Positions 1-7,683 of a stretch of DNA of 17,560 nucleotides are shown piece after piece. Position 1 is the stretch's first letter; each line of letters begins with the position of its first letter. Both the position numbers and the translations under genes were made by a program. The notes under the pieces are model-generated. The model made no database searches. It was not told the DNA's origin and was given only the letters and a program-made list of their open reading frames with translations. Origin of the DNA: Candidatus Omnitrophota bacterium (lineage in GTDB: Bacteria > Omnitrophota > Gorgyraeia > 2-01-FULL-45-10 > JBDRSA01); assembly GCA_043825275.1 (NCBI GenBank), contig JBDRSA010000004.1:1-17560 (forward strand). The letters are read 5' to 3'.

Positions 1-865
1 ATGATTCATCTTGCCGCAACACCTTTGGCTTTCGCATCCTGCCCTTGCGGGCAAACTCAAAGACCGTAACTTCCGGACGGCAGAGAAAACGGACCCCTTT
101 CTGCGAAACGATCCCTCTGTTAACATACATAAGCGTGTCCCGAACTTTAAAGAGCCCCGCGATATAGACAGAATGTGTCGAGTACGGAAAGATCTTCCGC
201 AGGATCGGCACGCCGCACTGGCCGCCGTGTGTATCTCCGGCAAGCACAAGCTCCGCTTTTTCGATCGCCGCCTGCTTAATTATCTCGGGAAAGTGATATA
301 GAACGATCACGGGGTCCTCATCGGGAATATTTTTGATCACCCCGGCGAGCGATCCCGGATCAGCGGGATTTACGAGCCAGAAAAACGACGATTCATCATT
401 CTTCAAATTCAGGCGCACCGCTTCATTATTCAGGATCGTTACCCCCGCCGCGTCCCACATTTTAGACTTCAGGGTCTTCGCTGCCCAGGCGTCCCCCGGA
501 GCCTCTCCGAGAACCATGTACGTACGAAATCGCGGCTCAAAGAGGCTCAACACATCAACTGCCGGCTGGACCCCCTGGCCGCTCTCAACGACATCGCCTG
601 TTATCAGTATAAGATCGGGCCGTAATTTTTCAATAATACCGATCAGCGACCGCTCGACATATCCGATCCGTTCCATGTGAAGATCGGATAATTGAACGAC
701 CGTAAGGCCTTCAAGCGCCCGGCCGAGCTTCTCATTAACGATCCGGACCCGGTCCACCCGTATCCAGTTCGGCTCGATGAAGAACATGTCCAGATAGATG
801 AGCTGGAGCGTTATCATCGCCGCGACGAAGACGATCCATAGTTTTGAGGTGACGCTTTTGATCAT
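1..865 (-). CDS. Calcineurin-like metallophosphoesterase (YkuE/LpxG-like), 3' end beyond the left window edge
   Basis: Not in the ORF track because it is truncated. Reverse-strand translation from ATG at 865 is open through position 1 (288 codons): MIKSVTSKLWIVFVAAMITLQLIYLDMFFIEPNWIRVDRVRIVNEKLGRALEGLTVVQLSDLHMERIGYVERSLIGIIEKLRPDLILITGDVV...VIVLYHFPEIIKQAAIEKAELVLAGDTHGGQCGVPILRKIF... It has an N-terminal TM, SDLH, ITGD and DTHGGQ motifs. Confidence 0.85.
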   Translation of the reverse strand, partial: MIKSVTSKLWIVFVAAMITLQLIYLDMFFIEPNWIRVDRVRIVNEKLGRALEGLTVVQLSDLHMERIGYVERSLIGIIEKLRPDLILITGDVVESGQGVQPAVDVLSLFEPRFRTYMVLGEAPGDAWAAKTLKSKMWDAAGVTILNNEAVRLNLKNDESSFFWLVNPADPGSLAGVIKNIPDEDPVIVLYHFPEIIKQAAIEKAELVLAGDTHGGQCGVPILRKIFPYSTHSVYIAGLFKVRDTLMYVNRGIVSQKGVRFLCRPEVTVFEFARKGRMRKPKVLRQDES

Positions 866-958
866 ACCGGTTTTCTCATAAGGATATAACAAGCCCCGCG
901 CCTCCGGTCATGAGGACGCGCAAGGGCGGGGCGGGGCGAGCCATTATCAATAAAGCAG

Positions 959-1141
959 CTATCTCTTTTCTATGAGCACAAGTAACAAAAGAGCGATCGT
1001 AAGCAGCAGGCAGACCGCGGAAAAACTCATAATGGCGGTCGGAAAAGAGCCGAGAAGCGGAAGATTGGCCAGTTTGGATATCACCGCGACAATCAGGCTG
1101 ACGGCTCCAACAACTAATAACGTCCTTGAGAGATTCAACAT
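959..1141 (-). CDS. Small two-TM membrane protein (60 aa from internal Met)
   Basis: C-terminal part of ORF 959..1225: MLNLSRTLLVVGAVSLIVAVISKLANLPLLGSFPTAIMSFSAVCLLLTIALLLLVLIEKR. Two hydrophobic segments with a basic C-terminus. The start at 1141 is preferred because upstream residues look non-coding. Confidence 0.55.
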   Translation of the reverse strand: MLNLSRTLLVVGAVSLIVAVISKLANLPLLGSFPTAIMSFSAVCLLLTIALLLLVLIEKR

Positions 1142-1214
1142 ACATTCACCCTTCCTTTTACTCAAATACTTAGCATATATAGTGTATGATGTCAAGCGCG
1201 CTTCGTGAAAATAA

Positions 1215-1285
1215 CTAGAGGCCATCTCATAAATATCTGTGATGGCCTCTAGTCCCGTTAGAAGCTTTGCTTCTAACGGGGCTAG
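1215..1285. terminator. Two adjacent perfect 12-bp inverted repeats, possible transcription terminator or attenuator
   Basis: ctagaggccatc (1215-1226) pairs with gatggcctctag (1241-1252). cccgttagaagc (1254-1265) pairs with gcttctaacggg (1269-1280) across a TTT loop. They lie immediately downstream of the 1282..2712 minus-strand gene; reading minus, the distal arm is followed by ttatttt. Confidence 0.5.
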
Positions 1286-2712
1286 CTGGTCCAGACGGCG
1301 TAATCATACGCGGTATCGATGATCGGCTTAAAAGGGGCCCCGGGAGAGCCGACCGTCTCAAAGATAAGCGTAACTTCTTCTCCGGCATAACGCGAGAGAT
1401 CGACATCTCCCTGGAACCATCTTCTGTCGGACTTATTCTCTTTCGGATTGATATACCTCGAAAAGAGAATAACCGCGGGTGCGTCCGGGCCGACATCCTC
1501 AACAACCCTGAACTCAACACCGTCGCCCGGCTTATCCCACGCTTCTTCCAGGACGCCAAACCCAAAGACAATGTGAACGTTCTTGCTTTGTACGGGGAAC
1601 GTTACCCGGATCTTCGTCGGCGCCGGCGCGAAAACCGCGTATTTTTCCAGGCCTCCTATCCGCACATATTTTTTAAGGGAATCGACAGTATACCTTTTTT
1701 GTGCCGCCATCTCCCGCAGACGATCAATGGTGAACTTTTCTATAAAGAACGTGATCAGCGCATTTTTCTCCTGGATGGGATGAGACCGAAAATAATGAAA
1801 AGTACCGGCGGAAGACAGATAATATTCGGCAAACTCCTCTTTGACGAACAGTACGATCTTTTGAAGGAATAGATCCTGATTGATCTTGAAAATCATTAGT
1901 TTGCGCCGAAGCCGCTGCTTCAGATCCTCAGCCGTAGAGGCGTTCGCGAACATGATGATCAGATTATGCCACCCTTCTTCGACAGTTCCCCAGAAATGAT
2001 AGTCTTGTAGCTTATTGGGATCATATTTTCTGACCAGAGCTGACCCGAGCGTGTTGTCGTCTATCGCGAACTCCATCTTACAATTCGTATCGAGCATCGG
2101 GTCATCGGGTTTGGTTGAGTCATTCCGCGCGCATACGACAAACCGATGGAGGCCTTTATTTAAATGCACCGTCTTATGCATGGCCCCTTTGCTGGAAAGA
2201 CCTTTGAAGCCGTGCCGTTCTGCGCTTTTCACCGAAGAGCTTACCCCCATATCCGCTCCTTGAATAGCCAGGGTCGGGCCGCTTTGTATCAGAAAATAGC
2301 TGCCGAAGATCTCCCGACCTTCTGGAGCGCCAGATCTCACTACTTCTATCTCGCTATCTTCTACAGTCAGATACATCTCTTCGGTGAGCGGAACGCTCTT
2401 TGGCGAGAAAGACGCGATCGCATACCCCTCCAGATCCCATTTTTTGGCGGCGGGGTTCATCTTTATCAGGTCATCGCGCGTAATGCGTTCCCACTGCTCC
2501 ACTTTTTCCCGGGTCAACAAAGAACCTATCGCGTCAAAAAGCGTGGATTCAACCTTCACGTTCCTCACATTTTCCATCAGGGTGTAAGCATAAATATCTT
2601 CTTTCTTTTTTGCGGTAAGCAGAAAGAGAGTTACACCGAAAATAAGGATCATCAGGATCGACAACTTCAGTACGACACCGAATATCCTGTTGTATACTGA
2701 CGCGCTTGACAT
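1282..2712 (-). CDS. Membrane-anchored exported protein of unknown function (476 aa)
   Basis: Long ORF with one N-terminal TM (LKLSILMILIFGVTLFLLTAKKK). The C-terminal beta-rich segment (GDGVEFRVVEDVGPDAPAVILFSRYINPKENKSDRRWFQGDVDLSRYAGEEVTLIFETVG) resembles carbohydrate-binding or jelly-roll-like modules. Confidence 0.75.
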   Translation of the reverse strand: MSSASVYNRIFGVVLKLSILMILIFGVTLFLLTAKKKEDIYAYTLMENVRNVKVESTLFDAIGSLLTREKVEQWERITRDDLIKMNPAAKKWDLEGYAIASFSPKSVPLTEEMYLTVEDSEIEVVRSGAPEGREIFGSYFLIQSGPTLAIQGADMGVSSSVKSAERHGFKGLSSKGAMHKTVHLNKGLHRFVVCARNDSTKPDDPMLDTNCKMEFAIDDNTLGSALVRKYDPNKLQDYHFWGTVEEGWHNLIIMFANASTAEDLKQRLRRKLMIFKINQDLFLQKIVLFVKEEFAEYYLSSAGTFHYFRSHPIQEKNALITFFIEKFTIDRLREMAAQKRYTVDSLKKYVRIGGLEKYAVFAPAPTKIRVTFPVQSKNVHIVFGFGVLEEAWDKPGDGVEFRVVEDVGPDAPAVILFSRYINPKENKSDRRWFQGDVDLSRYAGEEVTLIFETVGSPGAPFKPIIDTAYDYAVWTS

Positions 2713-2729
2713 ATCTTTATCAAAACTCC

Positions 2730-3989
2730 TTACTTCCCTTCTTCCGCGCTCCTTTGTTCACAAGCAGTCGAGGCGACCCCTGCTCCGACCAGCACCCAGA
2801 AGAGTCCCGCGATCTCGCTCTGGCTCCAAAAATAGTCGACCAGTCCATGCCCCAGGAATCCTGCCAGTGAACAGAGGATCCCCAGCGTAATATATGTCTG
2901 TCCGAAACCATCTGACGCCCGTATGCCTTTATACAGCTTCCGCATAACAGCTCCGTACAACCACAAGAGCGCGAGCAGCCCGAAAAAACCGAGGTTGACC
3001 GTCGTTTCCAAAAAAATATTGTGCGTCCTGAAACGAGGAACGTTCTTCCAAAAGAACATATCCGCGCCCTGACCGCGAAAAGGGTACTCCTGAATAGATC
3101 GCAGAGCGCTCTTCGCATACTCGAGCCGGATCTTCTCCGTCGGCTCAAGGGTTCCTGTCGTGAACGAGCGAAAACCGAAAAGGTTAAATAAGAACGCTGA
3201 TACTATAATACCACAGAGCAAAAAGAAGAGGGCGATAATTTTCGGCTTTCTGTATTGTACCGCGAATATGGCCACGAAACAGGCAAAGGCGAAGAAGAGC
3301 CCTATGAGCCAGCCTTTCGTCCCCGAAAGAACCGCGCAAAAGATAAATAAAACAGTTAAAGATCCGTAGACGGCTCTCCGAAAAACGCTCGAATGAGGCC
3401 GGAAGATCCAAAAACACGCGGCGAGCGGAACAAGCGCGCCGAAAAATACGCTCATATTCGTCGGCCATCCAAACAGCCCGCAGATCCGGTGAGAACTGAC
3501 CTCGGCGCTTTCGAAGAATCGCCGGAGGCCATCTATCGCGTCATGACGAAAATACTGCGCGGCCACAAATACCGAGGCAATGCAGGCGCCGGCAAAAACA
3601 CAGGAGATCAGCCGCTCAAGCCGGCGTTCACTTGTTATAAAATTAATTATCGCGAAGGCGACGATGCCGAGGCCAAAGAACCGCGCCGTGTATTTCAACG
3701 ACCAGATCATCTTTTCTGACGGTATGACGCTTGAAAAAAGATGGATCCCTAAAAAAACGATGAAGGGATAAACGAGACCTCCCCCGTTCGGGACGTTCTC
3801 CCTGTTCGACAATATCGCGATCTCCCACAATATGATGAGAATGACGACCTCAAGCGCGAAAAAACTCTTTATCGCGGGAATCGTTAATCCGAGATTCTCC
3901 AGGGAAAAATCAAACGGAAGGAATAGAGCTATGCAGCAGCAGCAGTAAAAGACGGCGCGCCGAACGAACAAGGATAGTTTCATGGGCAA
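2730..3989 (-). CDS. O-antigen ligase / Wzy-like polytopic membrane protein (419 aa)
   Basis: Many hydrophobic segments. Large-loop region with LEYAKSALRSIQEYPFRGQGADMF and RTHNIFLETTVNLGFFGLLALLWLY, typical of the WaaL/Wzy_C superfamily (R..H.x motif, HN.xLE). Start could be the second Met at 3983. Confidence 0.8.
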   Translation of the reverse strand: MPMKLSLFVRRAVFYCCCCIALFLPFDFSLENLGLTIPAIKSFFALEVVILIILWEIAILSNRENVPNGGGLVYPFIVFLGIHLFSSVIPSEKMIWSLKYTARFFGLGIVAFAIINFITSERRLERLISCVFAGACIASVFVAAQYFRHDAIDGLRRFFESAEVSSHRICGLFGWPTNMSVFFGALVPLAACFWIFRPHSSVFRRAVYGSLTVLFIFCAVLSGTKGWLIGLFFAFACFVAIFAVQYRKPKIIALFFLLCGIIVSAFLFNLFGFRSFTTGTLEPTEKIRLEYAKSALRSIQEYPFRGQGADMFFWKNVPRFRTHNIFLETTVNLGFFGLLALLWLYGAVMRKLYKGIRASDGFGQTYITLGILCSLAGFLGHGLVDYFWSQSEIAGLFWVLVGAGVASTACEQRSAEEGK

Positions 3990-4124
3990 TTATCGGGAAG
4001 AGCCGGCGCGGGAATACCGCCGATCGTTCTTCGAACCGCGGGACAATGGCCCCGTCCGCGAACATAGGGAACGGCCGGATGTCCGCCGGGAAGAAATCCG
4101 CGGTCTCGTTCTATGGCGAAGGCG

Positions 4125-5111
4125 TCACTTAACTTCTGACTGTACGCCATCAGAACTCACAAAGCAGATCCTGTTCCTTCCCGTCTCCTTCGCGTAGTAC
4201 AGGCACTCATCGGCTTTCGCGACCAACGACCTCGGGTCTTTCGAGTCATCCGGATAGGACGAGAGGCCGATGCTGATGGTAAGATGGGCGGTCGTGAGAG
4301 CTTTCTTATCGATGAATTTTGAATTCGCCACGAGCATCCGCAGGCGCTTCGCCACAATAATGGCCTTTGCCTTATCCGTCTCCGGCAGCAGCGTCACAAA
4401 CTCCTCACCGCCGTACCTGAAAACGTGGTCGGTGAACCGGACGCTTCCTGAAAGGATCTGCGCGACCTTTTTCAGGGCCCAATCACCCGCCTGGTGCCCC
4501 TGAGAATCATTAAAATTCTTGAAATGGTCGACATCGATCATCATGCACGAAAGAGGCTTCATGTATTTTGCCGCCCGCATCAGCTCATCGGGAAGCATCG
4601 CGTCAAAATGCCTCCGATTGTAGATCTCGGTCAACCCGTCAAGGATCGACAGCCGCTGATACTGCTCCTTCTCTTTCGCCTCCTTCAAGAGGAGCTGGCG
4701 CTCAACCGCCCTGCGCACGACGACCTTGATCTCCTCAATGTTGAACGGCTTTGAGATATAGTCGTACGCGCCCTCTTTCAGGACCTCCATAGCGGATTGT
4801 ATTGACGCGTAGCCGGTTATGACAATGACGCAGACATCCGCCTTCGCGCTTCTGAATTTTTTTGTGACCTCTACGCCGTCAATACCCGGCATTCTCATGT
4901 CCGTTATCACAATGCTGAAATCGCTGTTGTTGACGAGCCTCACCGCCTCTTCGCCGCTTGACGCCGTACACACCTGGTAGCCGGATTCGGTCAAGACATC
5001 CTTCAGCATGCTGCGCATAATGTCTTCATCGTCTACCACCAGAATGCTAACCGCGGCCATCGCGTTCGCGACGGCGTCTCTCGATCTCTTAACGTTCTCC
5101 CGCTCAGCCAT
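4125..5111 (-). CDS. Response regulator receiver - GGDEF diguanylate cyclase (328 aa)
   Basis: Receiver: ILVVDDEDIMR...IVITDMRMPGIDG...VIVITGYAS...GAYDYISKPF. GGDEF domain: LDGLTEIYNRRHFD...MMIDVDHFKNFND..GHQAGD...VFRYGGEEF. An RxxD (RFTD) I-site sits exactly five residues before GGEEF. Confidence 0.95.
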   Translation of the reverse strand: MAERENVKRSRDAVANAMAAVSILVVDDEDIMRSMLKDVLTESGYQVCTASSGEEAVRLVNNSDFSIVITDMRMPGIDGVEVTKKFRSAKADVCVIVITGYASIQSAMEVLKEGAYDYISKPFNIEEIKVVVRRAVERQLLLKEAKEKEQYQRLSILDGLTEIYNRRHFDAMLPDELMRAAKYMKPLSCMMIDVDHFKNFNDSQGHQAGDWALKKVAQILSGSVRFTDHVFRYGGEEFVTLLPETDKAKAIIVAKRLRMLVANSKFIDKKALTTAHLTISIGLSSYPDDSKDPRSLVAKADECLYYAKETGRNRICFVSSDGVQSEVK

Positions 5112-5134
5112 GATTTTTTGCCGCTCCTCTTTTT

Positions 5135-6898
5135 TTATTTTTTAGGCTCTTTGGATTTCACTATCGGGAAGCTCAGTATAAAAGTGGTTCCTTTCCCCTC
5201 TTCACTCTCCGCGGCAACCGTCCCTCGGTGGGCCTGAACGATCGTATGGGTTATTGAAAGCCCGAGGCCTGTTCCGGATCTTCCTACCTTGCTCGTAAAA
5301 AAAGGATCGAAGATATTTGCCAGGTTCTCCTTCGAGATCCCGCTGCCGGAATCCGAAACACGGACCTCCACATACTCAAGCGGAGGCCTGTATCTCGTAT
5401 CGCTCTTGTTCAGAGCGGTCACCTTGATCACGCCGTTCTCGCCCATAGCGTCCTGAGCGTTCTGAATAAGATTCGTGAACACCTGCTGCAGCTGATTCGC
5501 GTTCCCGTTGATCTTCCTGAGGCCTTCCGGAGAGAACGCGGCCGATACTTTCATGTTCTTCTGTGAGAGCTGGAACTCCATCATGCTGACGGTATTCTCA
5601 ATAACGTCCTGGATATTTATCTCTTCCATCTCTTCGGACGATTTCCGCGAAAAATTCAGCAGGTTCGATATGATCCACTGACAGCGCTTCGATTCCTTCT
5701 CAACCATCTCAAGGTATCTGATCGACGTATCAATGACATCCTGTGAGGGGGTAGAGGATTTAAGCCTGGATAATATCAGCTGCACGTACCCGAGGATCCC
5801 GCCGATAGGATTGTTCAGCTCGTGGGCGACGCCGGCGCTGAGCTGGCCGAGCGAGGCCATTTTCGAGGATTGGACGACCTGGTTATACGTCTGCCGCAGT
5901 TCATCCATCTGATCCTTGGCCTTCCCACGGTCGACCTGTTTATATTCGATCAACCGGTCCTCTTTCACCCTAAGCTCATCGGTTACCCGGAGGTGCGCGG
6001 CCTTCAAGGCGATCAGGCCGGTTATACTCTGAATGAGGCGGATCGCCCCTTTCAACAGCATCTCATCTCTTTTCGCGGCCGCCCCGATGACGCCGAAGAA
6101 TGCCCCCCGGTACTCAATGGGCACCAGAATAACCCCCCGGGACCCCTGCTGAAAAAATATCTTTTCTACTTCTTCAAATTTCTTCCCCCCCAAAAGACTC
6201 TTCTTAAAAACGGCTTCCTTCAATCGTATCTCGCGTATCGACGTCCCCTCTTCGTCAAGAGGGATATCTCTTCTTTCGGCCAGGCCTTCGGGGAAGAGCG
6301 GGTAAATGGTCGCCTTCTTCTTATCGCCGCTTATCAGTAGAAGAGCCGCGGAGTCTATATATTGGATCGATCGAAGGCCGTTCCTGGCTGCCTCGAGCAG
6401 ATCGCTCGTCGTTACCCCTGACGAGAGGATCTCCTGGAATTTTTGAAGGAATGAATTGCTTTGGCTGAAACTGCCGAGCGAAGATATCATCTGAGAACAG
6501 GCATGATCGATGTAGGCGATCTCGCCTTTCTCTTCTTCTATATGGCCTTCGCCGCAATACCCTTTTACTTTCTTTACCAGAACGGTCATCGGAGACAGGA
6601 TCCTGTCAAACAACGGAAAAGTAATGAGACAGACCGCCCCCAGGCTTAAAACCGCTACGAGCGCGGAAGAAAATATTACGGTGGTAAACTCCTTGCTCGC
6701 GAAAATACTGACAAGCAGCCCCGCCTCAATAAACAGAACGACCAGAACCACTCCAATAACAAAGATTTTTATGATTTTATCTTTCAAGAACGGCCATCTT
6801 TCTTTTTTCTTGAGGCTTTTAATGAAATATAGCACCACTCTTTGTGCTTTGTCAAGTTTAAATTCCTCTGTCGAAATTCCTCTGTCGGTTATTGACAC
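5135..6898 (-). CDS. GAF-containing sensor histidine kinase (587 aa as called; true start may be downstream, e.g. GTG near 6838)
   Basis: Two closely spaced TMs, a GAF-like region, H-box SLGQLSAGVAHELNNPIGGILGY, N-box NLIQNAQDAM, G1 VSDSGSGI, F-box IFDPFFTSK and G2 GTGLGLSI. Confidence 0.95.
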   Translation of the reverse strand: MSITDRGISTEEFKLDKAQRVVLYFIKSLKKKERWPFLKDKIIKIFVIGVVLVVLFIEAGLLVSIFASKEFTTVIFSSALVAVLSLGAVCLITFPLFDRILSPMTVLVKKVKGYCGEGHIEEEKGEIAYIDHACSQMISSLGSFSQSNSFLQKFQEILSSGVTTSDLLEAARNGLRSIQYIDSAALLLISGDKKKATIYPLFPEGLAERRDIPLDEEGTSIREIRLKEAVFKKSLLGGKKFEEVEKIFFQQGSRGVILVPIEYRGAFFGVIGAAAKRDEMLLKGAIRLIQSITGLIALKAAHLRVTDELRVKEDRLIEYKQVDRGKAKDQMDELRQTYNQVVQSSKMASLGQLSAGVAHELNNPIGGILGYVQLILSRLKSSTPSQDVIDTSIRYLEMVEKESKRCQWIISNLLNFSRKSSEEMEEINIQDVIENTVSMMEFQLSQKNMKVSAAFSPEGLRKINGNANQLQQVFTNLIQNAQDAMGENGVIKVTALNKSDTRYRPPLEYVEVRVSDSGSGISKENLANIFDPFFTSKVGRSGTGLGLSITHTIVQAHRGTVAAESEEGKGTTFILSFPIVKSKEPKK

Positions 6899-6920
6899 TA
6901 AGGCGATTTAGTGCTATATT
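6892..6920 (+). promoter_or_regulatory. Predicted sigma70-type promoter for the motor operon
   Basis: TTGACA (6892-6897), 17-bp spacer, TATATT (6915-6920). This gives a start ~40 nt before the ATG at 6969. Confidence 0.6.
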
Positions 6921-6959
6921 TAAATGTAAATTAGGCATTAATATTGTCGATGGAAAGAT

Positions 6960-7673
6960 TTGGCTCTTATGCATACTTCACATAGTACCATCCGGCGGAG
7001 CGGGAAGATATTATTGACAACTCTCTTCGCTCTTCTCGCGCTCTTTTTTTCCGCTTCCGAATCCTCCGCCCGGGATCCGATGCGGTCAGGTTCCCGAGAG
7101 GCCGAGGCCTACGACGATGGCATCTTCCGGGAAAACAGAGGCTACCTTGTCAGTAACGAGAATATCCCCGAGGAGCGCTCAAAATCAACCCTCTTCAGAC
7201 GCGGAGCGTTCAATAGGACTGAGACGTCTCGTCAGCGAAAGAAGAGAGCTCCGATAACAAAAATATCGTACGGGCAAAAAAAATCCCGGGAGATCTCTAA
7301 ACCGTCTCAACAGGAGTCTTCGTACATTCGTACTCTTGAAGACGCTCTCCTGCAGGAACGAGAGCGCTCGCTGCGCCAAACGAAAGAGATCGAGACGCTC
7401 AGGAGTAAACTGGAACGGGCTCTCAGGCAGCTGTCGCTGGCGACCCAGAAGATAATGGACCTCAAACAGGAGCGCCCCGCGTCTTCAAAGAGAATTTCAC
7501 AGACCTACCAGGTCAAAGCGGGCGATTCTCTCTGGTCGATCGCCGCGATGAAAGAGATCTACGGCAATCCGAAGAAGTGGCTTCTTCTCTATCACGCCAA
7601 CAGGGATCAGATCTATGATCCGAACCTTATCTTCCCGAACATGGTACTCTTGATCCCGCGTCTCAACGATTAA
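6960..7673 (+). CDS. Exported coiled-coil protein with C-terminal LysM domain (TTG at 6960 or ATG at 6969)
   Basis: Signal peptide-like ILLTTLFALLALFFSASESSA. Coiled-coil YIRTLEDALLQERERSLRQTKEIETLRSKLERALRQL. LysM: YQVKAGDSLWSIAAMKEIYGNPKKWLLLYHANRDQIYDPNLIFPNMVLLIPR. Confidence 0.85.
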   Translation: MALMHTSHSTIRRSGKILLTTLFALLALFFSASESSARDPMRSGSREAEAYDDGIFRENRGYLVSNENIPEERSKSTLFRRGAFNRTETSRQRKKRAPITKISYGQKKSREISKPSQQESSYIRTLEDALLQERERSLRQTKEIETLRSKLERALRQLSLATQKIMDLKQERPASSKRISQTYQVKAGDSLWSIAAMKEIYGNPKKWLLLYHANRDQIYDPNLIFPNMVLLIPRLND

Positions 7674-7683
7674 GGAAATATCT

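Noticed and set aside
218-262. Apparent frameshift in the metallophosphoesterase near AIEK..ELVLAG
   Set aside because: This was a miscount of a five-A run. Recounting the bases (ctccgctttttcgatcg) gives a continuous frame AIEKAELVLAGDTHGGQ.
11-680. Plus-strand ORFs 11..301 and 333..680
   Set aside because: They lie opposite a clearly protein-like minus-strand metallophosphoesterase reading frame; their own translations are low-complexity and motif-free.
1267-1872. Plus-strand ORF of 201 aa
   Set aside because: Antisense to the well-formed 1282..2712 minus-strand gene; composition looks like an antisense artefact and there is no motif.
3982-4197. Plus-strand 71-aa ORF in the 3990-4124 gap
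   Set aside because: Arg/Glu-rich, overlaps two minus-strand genes, and no family resemblance. I also looked for a remnant minus-strand gene in the gap and found only short frames.
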